A stretch of DNA of 58,769 nucleotides, counting the filler, from Bacteriovoracaceae bacterium (lineage in GTDB: Bacteria; Bdellovibrionota; Bacteriovoracia; Bacteriovoracales; Bacteriovoracaceae), in NCBI GenBank assembly GCA_018649885.1. It is 3 parts of 3 records of this genome, joined end to end, with 100 filler letters (N's around TTAATTAATTAA, not from the genome) between each part and the next. Parts side by side here need not be neighbours in the genome. Positions count along the whole stretch, not along the records: positions 40,284 to 58,769 come from JABIHA010000089.1; 2 more parts are not named here. One strand, written 5' to 3'. Position 1 is the stretch's first letter; each line of letters opens with the position of its first letter. This document shows, piece by piece, positions 48,218-58,629 of the stretch. The notes under the pieces were generated by a model that had not been told where the DNA came from, searched no databases, and saw only the letters and a program-made list of their open reading frames with translations. The translations under genes were made by a program, and so were the position numbers.

Positions 48218-49141
48218 CTATTTTACAAATAACAATTGGCCTGCCAATTCTCTTTCAGCAACTAGTGGAAAGACACCATCTTTTTTGGCCTCTTTTACAT
48301 ACTTTGCATGGTCTTGTGGTCTTCCAGAAATATACTCAACACTGTAGACAGGTAAATTGAAGTTAGAAACAATATTTTCAACTTCTTCTCTAACCCATTT
48401 GTCAGGGTTGAAAGGATTATCGTTTCTATTTTCTCCAATATGGTAGAGACTTTCAATTATTTGTCCGTCGACATAGTCATAAAAACTGCTTGGGTTTTCA
48501 AGTGACCATGTAAAAGAAGTAGCATTTTGTACGAATGTTTTAAAATTCGGATTTAGAGATTTTCCAAGAGCAGCGATATTTTTTACGAAGTCTACCATTT
48601 GCTTGGTCTTTACTTTAAAGACATCTTCGCCTTTTTCTTCGTAGGGCTCATAGACATCAACTCTATCTAAGAAAACTCCATCAAAGCCTTGCCCTACGAT
48701 TCTTTTTACATAGCTTTCTTGTGTCAGACTATCTTTTAGAAAAATTGCCTGCCAATTTGGCATCCAATATTTGACTTCAAAATTGCCTTCCCACTCACCA
48801 TCAATTCCACCATTTCCAGTGGAGGGATTTGTCAGAAGAGTTTTATCAAAAGATGGGTAGTAGTATCTAAAGTTTTCGGCCTCACCAAGAGAGAGGTAGG
48901 CGACGATGACATTGCCATTTTGTTTGAAAACAGCAATTTCTGCTGGTGTCCATTTTCCGATTTCACTACCGTCTTTACTGTAGTCGATAATCCAAAGTGT
49001 ATTTGTGGAGCTTTTAATTGTGGCCACAGATTCAGGGGTGTAATTTTGCAATTGGTAGCCCCATTTCTTTGGAAGAGAGCTGGCAGCTGCACAAAATGTA
49101 ATGAGGGCAGTGAATATCCCAGCTGTTAATAACTTTTTCAT
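48218..49141 (-). CDS. Endo-alpha-1,4-polygalactosaminidase-like glycoside hydrolase (GH114/TM1410-like)
   Basis: 'WGYQLQ', 'AYLSLGEAENFRYY', 'GFDGVFLDRVD' and 'VQN'. Confidence 0.85.
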   Translation of the reverse strand: MKKLLTAGIFTALITFCAAASSLPKKWGYQLQNYTPESVATIKSSTNTLWIIDYSKDGSEIGKWTPAEIAVFKQNGNVIVAYLSLGEAENFRYYYPSFDKTLLTNPSTGNGGIDGEWEGNFEVKYWMPNWQAIFLKDSLTQESYVKRIVGQGFDGVFLDRVDVYEPYEEKGEDVFKVKTKQMVDFVKNIAALGKSLNPNFKTFVQNATSFTWSLENPSSFYDYVDGQIIESLYHIGENRNDNPFNPDKWVREEVENIVSNFNLPVYSVEYISGRPQDHAKYVKEAKKDGVFPLVAERELAGQLLFVK

Positions 49142-49238
49142 TTACTATCTCCTAATGGTCTTTGTCGCGTTACGTAGCAAAGTTTAGCCTCTGTGCAGCA
49201 AAGAGGCAAGTTTAAATTTTAAAAATTGAAGTTTTTTT

Positions 49239-49436
49239 CTATTGATCGGAAGAGATATTTTTTTGATTTTCTGCAGGAACTTTTTGGCCTTTAAGTTGGT
49301 ACTCTTGAAGATCTTTTACAAGTTCTTCGATCCATTTGTACGGGGTGTCATAAAGGTCTAAATAGGAGAACAAGTCGCCCATTTGATCTGCATTGCTCTG
49401 TACGTTTGCATTCGCTGATTTCATCTCCCACTCCAT
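49239..49436 (-). CDS. Small hypothetical protein
   Basis: 65-aa ORF co-oriented with its neighbours; no motif recognised. Confidence 0.4.
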   Translation of the reverse strand: MEWEMKSANANVQSNADQMGDLFSYLDLYDTPYKWIEELVKDLQEYQLKGQKVPAENQKNISSDQ

Positions 49437-49523
49437 TCCGATATGTGTTGAGGTTTATCGACAAAACTGCATGCAGTCAAATTTAATTGGCGAAATTTTG
49501 CTGAATGTTAATTTTGCGTGAAG

Positions 49524-50216
49524 TCAAAAGTTGTGCGGAGCAAGAAGGTTGCTCATGAATAATTCCTTAAGACCTTCTTCATTTTGATTCCAAATTTCAG
49601 CGAGGCTTAGGTCCTTACTTATGCGGGGATATTCCAAGGTTAGGACAGGAACGTTTAGACTCTCAGCGCAATAGCTCCCAAGCGAGCCAGGGGTCTCATA
49701 GCCCACATCATCGCAAACTGGATATTGATTATAAGTAGAAAGGTATTCGGCCACAACTTGTAGATTGCCATCATAATTTATCATCGGCTTCCAGGAGTGA
49801 AAGCTCATAACAAGATAGGGGGGCCATTTTTTAAATCTTTTAACTAAGTAGCTTGTCTCTGATTCACTTCCAGCTTTTTTACCGGGGTGGTATTTGGCAT
49901 CTTGATGACTCTCGCTCCAGTTTTTAGCAGGTAAATTTCTATTGAGATCAACACCTGTTGCATTACATCTCGTTCCCATGCGGTAGCCATCTGTATTGAG
50001 AATTGGGATAACAACCATGGGTAGGTTCATCTCTAGTCCTTGGTCTTCATTAGATAGCCATTTGAATAGTTGGTTTAAGACGTAGACACCTTCAACCTCA
50101 TCTCCGTGAAAACCTCCGATTAAATAAAGGTAACGGGGAGATTTCTTAAGAGCTTTCCACAACTCAATTTTATCACCCATGGTGCTAATGCCAGGTTTTT
50201 TGCTCTCAAACCTCAA
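49524..50216 (-). CDS. M14 zinc carboxypeptidase, murein peptide amidase MpaA-like
   Basis: 'HGDE', 'NTDG', 'GVDLNRN', 'SFHS' and 'GYETPGSLG'. Confidence 0.85.
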   Translation of the reverse strand: MRFESKKPGISTMGDKIELWKALKKSPRYLYLIGGFHGDEVEGVYVLNQLFKWLSNEDQGLEMNLPMVVIPILNTDGYRMGTRCNATGVDLNRNLPAKNWSESHQDAKYHPGKKAGSESETSYLVKRFKKWPPYLVMSFHSWKPMINYDGNLQVVAEYLSTYNQYPVCDDVGYETPGSLGSYCAESLNVPVLTLEYPRISKDLSLAEIWNQNEEGLKELFMSNLLAPHNF

Positions 50217-50742
50217 GTGCTGGTCCCCTTTCCACTAATTTGTAAGAGGCACTTTGTCCGGGTGTCTCTTCGACTTCGACTTCAAGAGATTGAAATTCGA
50301 ATTGATATTTTTTTTGAACCTTGTGATTTATTTGATGAGATAAAAACACGGCAAGTCTTTCAACTGATGTATTAGAAATTGGCAAAACCAGAACATCGGA
50401 GGTGGGAAAGCTAAATGAGTCTCCAGACGTTAATACAAGCCTGATCTGTGAGCTAGTGGTTTCAATATTTATATGGGGATTGTCCCCAGCAATGAGAAGT
50501 TTGTGATCTAGATCATCACAGATTTCCCTTACAATCGGTTTTAGGTGTAAAAAGTCAAAGACCATATCGCCTTCAAGTTTTGGTGCCGAGCCTTTAACTT
50601 TCACACGGTAATTGTGGCCGTGAAGTCTCTCTCTATCGCCATTTTTAAAGACTAAAAAATGGGCACTAGAGAAGTTGAAATATTGCTTATAAACGCTGAT
50701 TCTAAATTCTGGTTCCAATGAGTACGTTCCTTTTTGGTGCAT
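50206..50742 (-). CDS. queD: 6-carboxytetrahydropterin synthase family protein
   Basis: 'FSSAH', 'LHGHNY', 'LDH', 'TSVE' and 'EETP'. Confidence 0.85.
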   Translation of the reverse strand: MHQKGTYSLEPEFRISVYKQYFNFSSAHFLVFKNGDRERLHGHNYRVKVKGSAPKLEGDMVFDFLHLKPIVREICDDLDHKLLIAGDNPHINIETTSSQIRLVLTSGDSFSFPTSDVLVLPISNTSVERLAVFLSHQINHKVQKKYQFEFQSLEVEVEETPGQSASYKLVERGPALEV

Positions 50743-50851
50743 CCTACTAAAAAGTAGGACTAGTCAAAAAGACGAGAGGTGTTATTTTTTGATGATTTTT
50801 ATATTTTAGGTTATGCTGGTGACCAAAGCCAGCAGGACCAGTGAGGAAAAT

Positions 50852-52075
50852 ATGGATCAGAGTGCTCTGAACGCTGAAGTTAAAAGGCAAATGAAGATTT
50901 TAGAATTTAGAACCACGGAAATAACGCCGCGTGATGAATTTGAAAAAATGCTAAAACATTCCATCGAAAATAATAAGCCGCTAAGAGTAAAATGTGGCAT
51001 TGATCCCACGGGGTGTGATGTTCACCTGGGTCACCTAGTTCCCTATCGTAAGATGAGGGAGTTTCAGGATTTAGGGCACACAGGAGTGGTTATTATTGGC
51101 GATTACACAGCTCAAATAGGGGACCCAACTGGTAAAAATGAATCCAGGAAAAAGCTGGGTGCTGAAGAGGTTGCAGAAAATGCCAAAACCTATATGGACC
51201 AAGTTTTTACTGTGCTCGATAAGGATAAGACTGAGGTTCGCTACCAAAGTGATTGGTTTGAAAAAACTAACCTCCATCAAATATTAGAGTGGGCAGCGCA
51301 GACTACTGTCGCCAAATTAATATCTCACGACACTTTCAAAAAAAGAATTGATGAAGGGCAATCTCTGGGACTTCACGAGTTGTTCTACCCTGTTTTGCAG
51401 GGAATTGATTCCACAATGATAGATGCTGATGTTGAACTGGGTGGATCCGATCAGAGATTCAATGTATTAATGGGAAGAGATTACCAAAAAGTACAAAACG
51501 TAAGACCACAAGTGGCAATGTTATTACCCATCGTCACAGGTCTTTGTGGAACCCAAAAAATGAGTAAGTCTCTAGACAACTATATTGGTGTTTTTGATGA
51601 ACCATTCGATAAATTTGGTAAGGTGATGAGTATCCCCGACAATTTAATGCCTGAGTACTATCAATATATGGCCAATTTGCCAGTGAGTGAGTTTGAGTCC
51701 ATGAACACACAGCTTAAAAATGGGTCGATCCATCCCAATGAGGCAAAAAAGCAATTGGCCTCTAAAATTGTTTCTCTATTTCATGGTGACGAGCAGGGCG
51801 CACTTATGAGAGAGCAATTTGAAAGAGTCTTTAAGAAGAAAAAAGTTCCCGATGAAATCGAGGAATTTAATCTTGAGTCTGGAATGAATGTGCTTGAAGT
51901 TATGGTCAAGGCAGGTATGGTCTCTTCAAATGGAGAGGGAAGAAGAATGCTCAAGCAAAACGCTGTGAGTATTGTTGATGGGGATAAGATTACAGACCCG
52001 GCCCAAGGCATTGATTCCAGCTTTAAAGGTAGTGTACTAAAAGTTGGCAAAAGAAGGTTTTTAAAGTTGGTTTAA
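50852..52075 (+). CDS. tyrS: Tyrosine--tRNA ligase
   Basis: 'GIDPT', HLGH, 'GGSDQ', KMSKS and a C-terminal S4 domain ('KVGKRRF'). Start placed at ATG 50852 after GAGGA. Confidence 0.97.
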   Translation: MDQSALNAEVKRQMKILEFRTTEITPRDEFEKMLKHSIENNKPLRVKCGIDPTGCDVHLGHLVPYRKMREFQDLGHTGVVIIGDYTAQIGDPTGKNESRKKLGAEEVAENAKTYMDQVFTVLDKDKTEVRYQSDWFEKTNLHQILEWAAQTTVAKLISHDTFKKRIDEGQSLGLHELFYPVLQGIDSTMIDADVELGGSDQRFNVLMGRDYQKVQNVRPQVAMLLPIVTGLCGTQKMSKSLDNYIGVFDEPFDKFGKVMSIPDNLMPEYYQYMANLPVSEFESMNTQLKNGSIHPNEAKKQLASKIVSLFHGDEQGALMREQFERVFKKKKVPDEIEEFNLESGMNVLEVMVKAGMVSSNGEGRRMLKQNAVSIVDGDKITDPAQGIDSSFKGSVLKVGKRRFLKLV

Positions 52076-52077
52076 TT

Positions 52078-52728
52078 ATGTCTATAAAAAAGAAATTGAA
52101 TACTTCATTAAATAAATTGGCCCAGGTTTTCGAAGAAGATCCCAAGGCCTGTGAAGCAGTTGATTATTTAGTGAAAGCGCTTAAAGATTGGGATGAACCC
52201 AAAGTGGATAAAAAGAGCATAGAGCTGAGTTTGCCCACTGAGATTAAAGATAGTGATGATTATGCACTATTCTCGGATGGTGCTTGTAGGGGGAACCCAG
52301 GACCTGGCTCATGGGCCGCCATTGGACAAGACCAAGGCGCTGGGGTGCTATTTGAATCGTCTGGGGTTGAGTTTCAAACCACAAATAATAGAATGGAATT
52401 GATTGGCGCCATAGAGGCATTAAAATCTCTTGAGAGGTTTTTAGATGAGTGCGGGAAAGTTGCAGACCAGGCCAAAGTTCATCTCTATACAGATAGTAAA
52501 TTAATTGTTGACGCTATGGGATCTTGGATGGCCGGTTGGAAGAGAAATGGTTGGAAAAAATCTGGTGGAAAACCAATTATTAATGTTGAGTTGTGGCGCG
52601 AGTTAGACGAGCTTAGCGAGCATTTTAAAAAATCCCAATTCCATTGGGTCAAAGGACATGCTGGGCACCCTCAAAATGAGAGATGTGATGGTTTGGCCAA
52701 TGAGGCCTTAGATGAAGCTGGTTACTAG
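52078..52728 (+). CDS. rnhA: Ribonuclease HI with an N-terminal extension
   Basis: 'SDGACRGNPGPG', 'TTNNRMEL', 'TDS' and 'WVKGHAGHPQNERCD'. Confidence 0.96.
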   Translation: MSIKKKLNTSLNKLAQVFEEDPKACEAVDYLVKALKDWDEPKVDKKSIELSLPTEIKDSDDYALFSDGACRGNPGPGSWAAIGQDQGAGVLFESSGVEFQTTNNRMELIGAIEALKSLERFLDECGKVADQAKVHLYTDSKLIVDAMGSWMAGWKRNGWKKSGGKPIINVELWRELDELSEHFKKSQFHWVKGHAGHPQNERCDGLANEALDEAGY

Positions 52729-53551
52729 TTTAATCCTCGGGCTCTTCATTATTTCTATGGAAGCAAATTGTTGCAGTATCAGGGTCAAGAAATTGGTCTC
52801 ACTTTCAATCCCTGTAACTTACGCCCTTAAAAAGCTTGAGCTGTTAAACGACCCCGCTTTAAAATTTGTTTCAACTCCCTTTGGCCTTGCCTCGTGGAAG
52901 ACAAGTGCCGAGTCAATTAATGGCGGGATATTTTTATCTAATCAATATCTAGAAAAATTCGAAGGGGCTTCAGTATTTTTTGACCAAAGTAGAGATTTAA
53001 GGCGATTTTTAAAAAGAGGCCCTGAGTTAAATATCTTCGAAGTTAAATCAAGAGGGCTAGATCCCTTTTCTATGAGCGATAAAATATTACAGCAGCTGAG
53101 CTCGGTATTAGTAAAATGTGATAAAAAAATTAATGGGCTAAAACAATGGTTGAAGCTCAGTTTAAAGAAAATTAAAAATCACCAAAAAACAGATGAGAAA
53201 TTGATCTTTTTTCTAGGTAAAGTAAAAAAAAGCTCTCGTCTTCCCAATATGATTATGAATAGGGATGGTTTTGTGCTCGCCCTTATTAACAATTTAGGGA
53301 TTGAGTCCTATCCTTCAGAGTTGTCTTACTTGTCACCGTCACAAAAAATACTTGGTAAGTTGTCAAAAAGCGGCAAAGTTACCTACGTTGGTTTAGTTGG
53401 GCACAATGATAAAAAAGGCAAGTTGTTTGAAAAAGGAAGCCTAAACAAACAGACCAGTTTTATAAATTTTTATGCCCCCAAGGCGTTGGTTCCTGGAATC
53501 ACTCAAGTGGAGTTTTTACTTAGTATGTTGGATGTTTTATTTAAAGGTTGA
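52712..53551 (+). CDS. Putative ABC substrate-binding protein (iron-chelate/cobalamin type)
   Basis: Signal peptide and 'LVSLS'; precedes the ATPase and FecCD-like permease. Confidence 0.5.
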   Translation: MKLVTSLILGLFIISMEANCCSIRVKKLVSLSIPVTYALKKLELLNDPALKFVSTPFGLASWKTSAESINGGIFLSNQYLEKFEGASVFFDQSRDLRRFLKRGPELNIFEVKSRGLDPFSMSDKILQQLSSVLVKCDKKINGLKQWLKLSLKKIKNHQKTDEKLIFFLGKVKKSSRLPNMIMNRDGFVLALINNLGIESYPSELSYLSPSQKILGKLSKSGKVTYVGLVGHNDKKGKLFEKGSLNKQTSFINFYAPKALVPGITQVEFLLSMLDVLFKG

Positions 53552-54165
53552 TGGATAGATTAATGGAACTTATTTTAGACTTTCCAAAAAGTTCAAATAT
53601 TTTACTTCACACGGGAGTACTTGATTTAAATTTAACACTTAGCTCTGGCGAAGTTGTGGCCATCACTGGAGAAAATGGAGTGGGCAAGAGCTCTGTTGTT
53701 CAATTAATTAAAAATGTACAAGGCCCGCGTTTTCCGGGGATTAAACTTTCTTTCATTGATCAATTCCCTATAAATGTTTTAGGGCAAAGAAGGGGAGTGG
53801 ATTTAATAGATTTATTAAAAGATATAGATTCAAGCTATCAGTGGGAGGATACATTCTTCCTTGGAGATAAGCTCACGTGCCCTATTTCGAAATTATCTGG
53901 TGGAGAAAATCAAATACTCAAATTGAGTGCATTTTTGTCACGGGGAGCAGATTTTTACCTATTAGATGAGCCAACTAATAACCTGGATAAGCTGCGGCTC
54001 CAAAAATTAGAAGACAAGCTTGTTCAGTTAAAGAAAGAGGGGGCCGGAATACTTATCATCTCCCATGACCACAATTTCGTTGATCGTCTTGCAGACAGAA
54101 AAATTGAGGCAGCCTTGTGTGATGGAGTGGTGGAATTTAAGGAGGTTTTTGATGGACCTACTTAG
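53548..54165 (+). CDS. ABC transporter ATP-binding protein
   Basis: GENGVGKS, LSGGE, 'LLDEPTNNLD' and 'ISHD'. Confidence 0.92.
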   Translation: MMDRLMELILDFPKSSNILLHTGVLDLNLTLSSGEVVAITGENGVGKSSVVQLIKNVQGPRFPGIKLSFIDQFPINVLGQRRGVDLIDLLKDIDSSYQWEDTFFLGDKLTCPISKLSGGENQILKLSAFLSRGADFYLLDEPTNNLDKLRLQKLEDKLVQLKKEGAGILIISHDHNFVDRLADRKIEAALCDGVVEFKEVFDGPT

Positions 54166-55024
54166 ATTTGCTTGTGCCTTTTTCTCTGGAGGGCTCTTAT
54201 TCTTGTCGGGAAGTTTGATTCAAGGTGTAAGCTTTAATGAAATTTCAGGGCCTTCGACTCTAGGGCTCAATGCAGCCTGTGTACTTGCTATAGTTTTTGT
54301 CCAAGGACTTTTTCATATCTTTGGCATTGAGTTGTCCCTCGAATGGAGCTCTCTTGGAATTATGTTCTTGGTCACAATCTTATTTTATTTTGGAGTTTAC
54401 CAAAGTGTAGGTGAAGGCCCGGTTGTTGGGAACGGTAAAGAAATTGAAATGAAAAATATTTTAATTTTCGGACTGTGCTTTAATCTATTCGTAGGCGCCA
54501 TTTTTTCTGTGATGCAATTCTTTTTCATTAATCTCAATATGGAGTTTCCCGCGGGCCTGTGGTTTGGAAATTTTAAATTTATTCCCCCATATGCTCTCTT
54601 CTTTATGCCGGGAAGTTTTTTTGTAATTTATCTAATTTCTATAAAAATTTCGAAAAGTTTACAGATCATGAGTTTTGGTTCGGGGCTAGCAGGCGGGATA
54701 GGCCTACCCATCAAAAAAGTCATTGCGGGAAGTGTCGCACTTTCTCTACTATGCAGCGCAATCGTTACCTGTTTTTTTGGTGTATTCGCATTTCTGGGAA
54801 TTTTATTTCCACTACTAGTAAGAAATTTTGGTTCAATGAAATATGATCTTCGAAAAGAAATTCTTTATGGACCTCTTATTGGTGGGCTCATCATCGCTTT
54901 GTTGGACCTTAGTTGCGCTAACTATACGGCTTGGGGTGCGGAGATTCCTGTTGGAATGTTGAGCTCACTTGTGGGCAGTATTTTATTCATGATCGTCTTA
55001 GTCTCAAGAGGCAAAAGCTTATAA
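54152..55024 (+). CDS. FecCD/BtuC-like ABC permease
   Basis: SD AAGGAGG before ATG 54152; 'PSTLG', 'FAFLGILFP' and 'EIPVG'. Confidence 0.82.
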   Translation: MDLLRFACAFFSGGLLFLSGSLIQGVSFNEISGPSTLGLNAACVLAIVFVQGLFHIFGIELSLEWSSLGIMFLVTILFYFGVYQSVGEGPVVGNGKEIEMKNILIFGLCFNLFVGAIFSVMQFFFINLNMEFPAGLWFGNFKFIPPYALFFMPGSFFVIYLISIKISKSLQIMSFGSGLAGGIGLPIKKVIAGSVALSLLCSAIVTCFFGVFAFLGILFPLLVRNFGSMKYDLRKEILYGPLIGGLIIALLDLSCANYTAWGAEIPVGMLSSLVGSILFMIVLVSRGKSL

Positions 55025-55103
55025 TCTTCGTACTTTAAACTTTGGCAAGAGGTTTCACTGTGGTGTATGCTTGCACTCAAGTATAACTTTATCAAAGGAA
55101 TGG

Positions 55104-55871
55104 ATGGTGAAATTGGCCGGCAGATTAATAGGGCTACTTTTAGTGATTGGGCTTGTCTCATGTAACGGAGGCGGTAAATCAAAAGGTGGAGACCTTAGCC
55201 TTAAAACAGAAGACCAAAAAACTTTTTATGCTGTTGGTTTAATGTTTGGCGGAAAGTTAAAAGAGTTAAATTTAAGCGAAGAAGAAATGAACTTTATGGT
55301 CCTTGGTATTAAAGATGCCGCTAAAGGAGCTAAGCCGCAGGTAGAAATGAAAGACTACCATATGAAAGTTCAGGAATTATTTAAAAAACGAATATCGGCC
55401 AGTACCGGTGTAAATAAGAAAGCAGGCGCTGATTTTATGGCCAAATTTGTTAAAAATGAAGGTGCCAAAAAAACAGCTTCAGGACTTGCCTATAAAGTCA
55501 TTAAAGAAGGAACAGGAACTCCTCCAAAGCCAGAGGACTCTGTTGAAGTACACTACCATGGAACTCTTATTGATGGGACAGTTTTCGATTCATCTAAAGA
55601 TCGTGGTAAGACAGTTAACTTCCCACTTAATAGAGTTATCAAGGGCTGGACTGAAGGCCTACAACTCATCAAGCCAGGCGGCCTTGTAAAACTTGTGATT
55701 CCAAGTGAGCTAGCATACGGAGAACCAGGTGCTCCACCAAGAATTCCAGGTGGAAGTACACTAGTATTTGAAGTTGAGCTTTTTAAAGTTACAAAAGCTG
55801 ACGCTTCAAAAGCTGGAGGCCCTAAAGCACCAAAGGGCGGACACAAAAAAGGTGATGGACATGGTCACTAA
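55104..55871 (+). CDS. FKBP-type peptidyl-prolyl isomerase (FkpA/Mip-like lipoprotein)
   Basis: Lipobox LVSC; 'TASGL.Y', 'VHYHGTLIDGTVFDSS', 'VIKGWTEG' and 'IPSELAYG'. Exact start uncertain. Confidence 0.93.
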   Translation: MVKLAGRLIGLLLVIGLVSCNGGGKSKGGDLSLKTEDQKTFYAVGLMFGGKLKELNLSEEEMNFMVLGIKDAAKGAKPQVEMKDYHMKVQELFKKRISASTGVNKKAGADFMAKFVKNEGAKKTASGLAYKVIKEGTGTPPKPEDSVEVHYHGTLIDGTVFDSSKDRGKTVNFPLNRVIKGWTEGLQLIKPGGLVKLVIPSELAYGEPGAPPRIPGGSTLVFEVELFKVTKADASKAGGPKAPKGGHKKGDGHGH

Positions 55872-55896
55872 TAAAAAAAAATGAAAAAGTAATTAT

Positions 55897-55927
55897 AAAG
55901 AGGCCTCAACTTATTGGGGCCTTTTTT
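55897..55927. terminator. Bidirectional terminator
   Basis: AAAGAGGCCTCAA-CTTA-TTGGGGCCTTTTTT between convergent genes. Confidence 0.8.
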
Positions 55928-57368
55928 ATTGGCAAAGAGAGTAATTGGAGGAAGCACTGGTCATAAAGGGAAAAACATTTTTTAAGACTTTGCACTCTTT
56001 AGGGTTATTAATGCTATCCACTGCACTTATTCCCATAACTTTTAGGGCCTTATTGATGGCCAAATACGTGAAGTAAGTAGAGGCATTTTCTTTTGTGTAG
56101 TTTGGGTTAGAAGATACAAGAGGACGCAGCTCTGCTGCCCATTTAAAAAGTAATTTGGCCTTTTCTTTGTAGTCAGAAGTTTGAGTAGAAAAAAGCTGGT
56201 TTACTCCATAGGCGATAATGGCACCTATATGATGAGAGTCAGAATAATTTGTTTCGCAGCCTCTTGTCCTGCCACTTTCAGTGACACCAAAATAAATATC
56301 TAGTTCATGTTCGCTGAGATATTTTTCTTTGCTATCGTTAAAATATCTAGAATTGGCATTTCTCGTTTTGTTCATGCAACCAATGGCGTCCATTTTAGGA
56401 CCACCTGTACTTCCGAATGCATAATGGGCGACAAGATCGGCGAAACCCTCATGAAATGCCTTTAGAGCAACGGAAGTGATGTAGTTATTAGTTTCTAAGT
56501 TAAAGTTAGTAAGTGAGATCGCCTTTTTTGAGGAATTGATTGGGGATTTAAAACATCCTTTTTGCTCCATCAGAAGCTTATCTATTACGCTGTGATGTGG
56601 ATGAGCATAACTTTTTAATATGTGATGACCATACTCATGGGCCCCCACAAATGGCATTTTCCAAAATGGCATTGGGTTTCTATCGGCGATGGCCTCGACG
56701 CTTTGAGGGAGATAATATATTCCTTTTTGTCCATGGTGATAAAAGGCATTGTCAGTATAAATCCTACTTGAGCTTATTAGAACATCTGATTGCTTTTCAG
56801 ATCTCTCAGTAACTATTTCTTGATAGTAGGGGAGGATACTGAGGTGTACTTTGGAAAGCTTATTACTGCTGGCACTAAGATGCAGTTGATGGGCCTGGTC
56901 GATTCCAATTGTAGCTGAAAGGCCTGCGGATTCTATGCTCTGGAGAGAATAGGTTTGTTTAGTTTTACAAAATATCAGATTCTTCTCTGGGCGAGTGATT
57001 GTAAAGCTGTGACCTCCAATCCCATTTTTTTCTCTGTAGTAGGCACCCCAAGTTGTCTTCCAAATGGCAGGACTATTAAGACTGGGCAGTCCACGAAGAA
57101 TACTGTGATCTATATTTTTTGAAACATAGTTTTCTTTGGCGCCACCGAGGTAGACTTCAACTGTTTGTTCACCAATAAAATTAAGGGCATCCTTACTAGT
57201 GCAATCCTGGTCTTGTCTTTCCAGTATTAGTGGAGTGCCTGATTCTTCGTTTAGGCTAACTATCCGGCTGATCCCACTATCCCGATTTTTCTGACCGGAA
57301 TTTCCGCAGCTAATGAATACAAGAAGTAGCAGGCCACTTGTAAAGGCCCTAAGCAAGTGAATTTTCAA
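55926..57368 (-). CDS. Zinc metalloprotease lipoprotein (gluzincin-like)
   Basis: Lipobox FISC; 'DNAFY', HEYGH and third-ligand motif 'EGFAD'. Confidence 0.75.
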   Translation of the reverse strand: MKIHLLRAFTSGLLLLVFISCGNSGQKNRDSGISRIVSLNEESGTPLILERQDQDCTSKDALNFIGEQTVEVYLGGAKENYVSKNIDHSILRGLPSLNSPAIWKTTWGAYYREKNGIGGHSFTITRPEKNLIFCKTKQTYSLQSIESAGLSATIGIDQAHQLHLSASSNKLSKVHLSILPYYQEIVTERSEKQSDVLISSSRIYTDNAFYHHGQKGIYYLPQSVEAIADRNPMPFWKMPFVGAHEYGHHILKSYAHPHHSVIDKLLMEQKGCFKSPINSSKKAISLTNFNLETNNYITSVALKAFHEGFADLVAHYAFGSTGGPKMDAIGCMNKTRNANSRYFNDSKEKYLSEHELDIYFGVTESGRTRGCETNYSDSHHIGAIIAYGVNQLFSTQTSDYKEKAKLLFKWAAELRPLVSSNPNYTKENASTYFTYLAINKALKVMGISAVDSINNPKECKVLKNVFPFMTSASSNYSLCQ

Positions 57369-57518
57369 AATGTGATCCTCTCAATATTATATTCAGTAAA
57401 AATTACTTCGCTGATGCACTATGTTTTGTCATGACGTGTCGCATGATTTATATTATTGGCCTAACAATATTGTAAAATGTATTGGATTGAAGAAATTCAA
57501 ACTGATTGGAGATTTAAT

Positions 57519-58385
57519 ATGACAAAATTTATTGGCCTTTTAATGGGAGTTGCTTTCGCTCTAAACTCCTATGCAACCCAGGTAGAAACACAGACCATTA
57601 ATGACGTGGCCGCAAAGGTTCGTGAGATGGGAAAGAAGTACAGTAAAGAGCAAGTTATAGTTGTTTTTGATATGGATAATACGCTTCTAGCAATGAACCA
57701 AGACCTTGGAAGTGATCAATGGTTTTCTTGGCAGTCTAAACTTCCAAAATCAGATGGCAATAGAGTTGGGAAAAACTTTTCTGCACTTTTAAATGTTCAG
57801 GGTATCCTTTTTTCTATGGGTCAAATGCACACAGTAGAAAAACACACTGCAACTGTAGTCAGGGGTCTTCAAAAAGAAGGATATAGAACATTGGTACTAA
57901 CCTCAAGAGGTCCTGAGTTTAGATCTGCCTCAATGAAAGAGTTCAAAAGAAATGATTTTAATTTTAGTGCGAACGCCATAGGCCCTGTAGGCGGATTTGC
58001 TTCAAAGTATAAGCCTTACGATGGAATCAATCATGGTTTTACAAAAATGGAACAAAAACTTTTTAGTGTAAAAAAGCAAAGAAAAGTGTCCTACCAAGAT
58101 GGAATCTATATGACAGCAGGTCAACATAAAGGGGCAATGCTAAGGGCCATTTTGAAAAAAACATCAACATCTGTTAAGGCCGTAGTCTTTATGGATGATC
58201 ATAAAAAACATACTGACCGCGTTGAAGCAGCATTCAAGGATTCTGGAATTGAGACTTGGAGTTACCGTTACGGTAAAGAAGATCTAAATGTTAAAAGATT
58301 TGTCGATGGAAAAAAAACTTCGGCCATCTTAGGTTGGAAAAAACTTAATACAGCAATGAAGACAGCACTTAGTTTTCAACAATAA
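57519..58385 (+). CDS. Secreted HAD-superfamily protein (DUF2608-like)
   Basis: SD GGAGA before ATG 57519; signal peptide; 'VFDMDNTL', 'LTSR', 'KG' and 'FMDD'. Confidence 0.82.
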   Translation: MTKFIGLLMGVAFALNSYATQVETQTINDVAAKVREMGKKYSKEQVIVVFDMDNTLLAMNQDLGSDQWFSWQSKLPKSDGNRVGKNFSALLNVQGILFSMGQMHTVEKHTATVVRGLQKEGYRTLVLTSRGPEFRSASMKEFKRNDFNFSANAIGPVGGFASKYKPYDGINHGFTKMEQKLFSVKKQRKVSYQDGIYMTAGQHKGAMLRAILKKTSTSVKAVVFMDDHKKHTDRVEAAFKDSGIETWSYRYGKEDLNVKRFVDGKKTSAILGWKKLNTAMKTALSFQQ

Positions 58386-58410
58386 TTTAAAATTAGTTAG
58401 CATCGTATTT

Positions 58411-58438
58411 AGCGCTGGTTCACTCTGACACCAGCGCT
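58411..58438. terminator. Hairpin downstream of the HAD gene
   Basis: AGCGCTGGT-N10-ACCAGCGCT. Confidence 0.55.
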
Positions 58439-58546
58439 TCAAAAAAATCATCCATTAACTTAAATCTTCTAACACAGATGACTTCTTCGTAATCACTATG
58501 ATACTTCAGCCAAGCCACTCATTTTACAATCTTTTGGGGAGAAAAT

Positions 58547-58629
58547 ATGAAATCAATCTTTGCAAAGACCATGAAAACCTTTGCCCTATCACTCATTGTC
58601 ATTTCTTGTGCTAAAGAAAATGTCGGATC
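58547..58629 (+). pseudogene. 5' end of a lipoprotein gene interrupted by an IS
   Basis: SD GGGGAGA; MKSIFAKTMKTFALSLIVISCAKENVG (lipobox VISC) runs into the IS end at 58630. Confidence 0.6.

Noticed and set aside
42..56812. Numerous short antisense or out-of-frame ORFs in the ORF track
   Set aside because: They overlap well-supported genes and lack motifs or RBSs, so they are treated as shadow ORFs.
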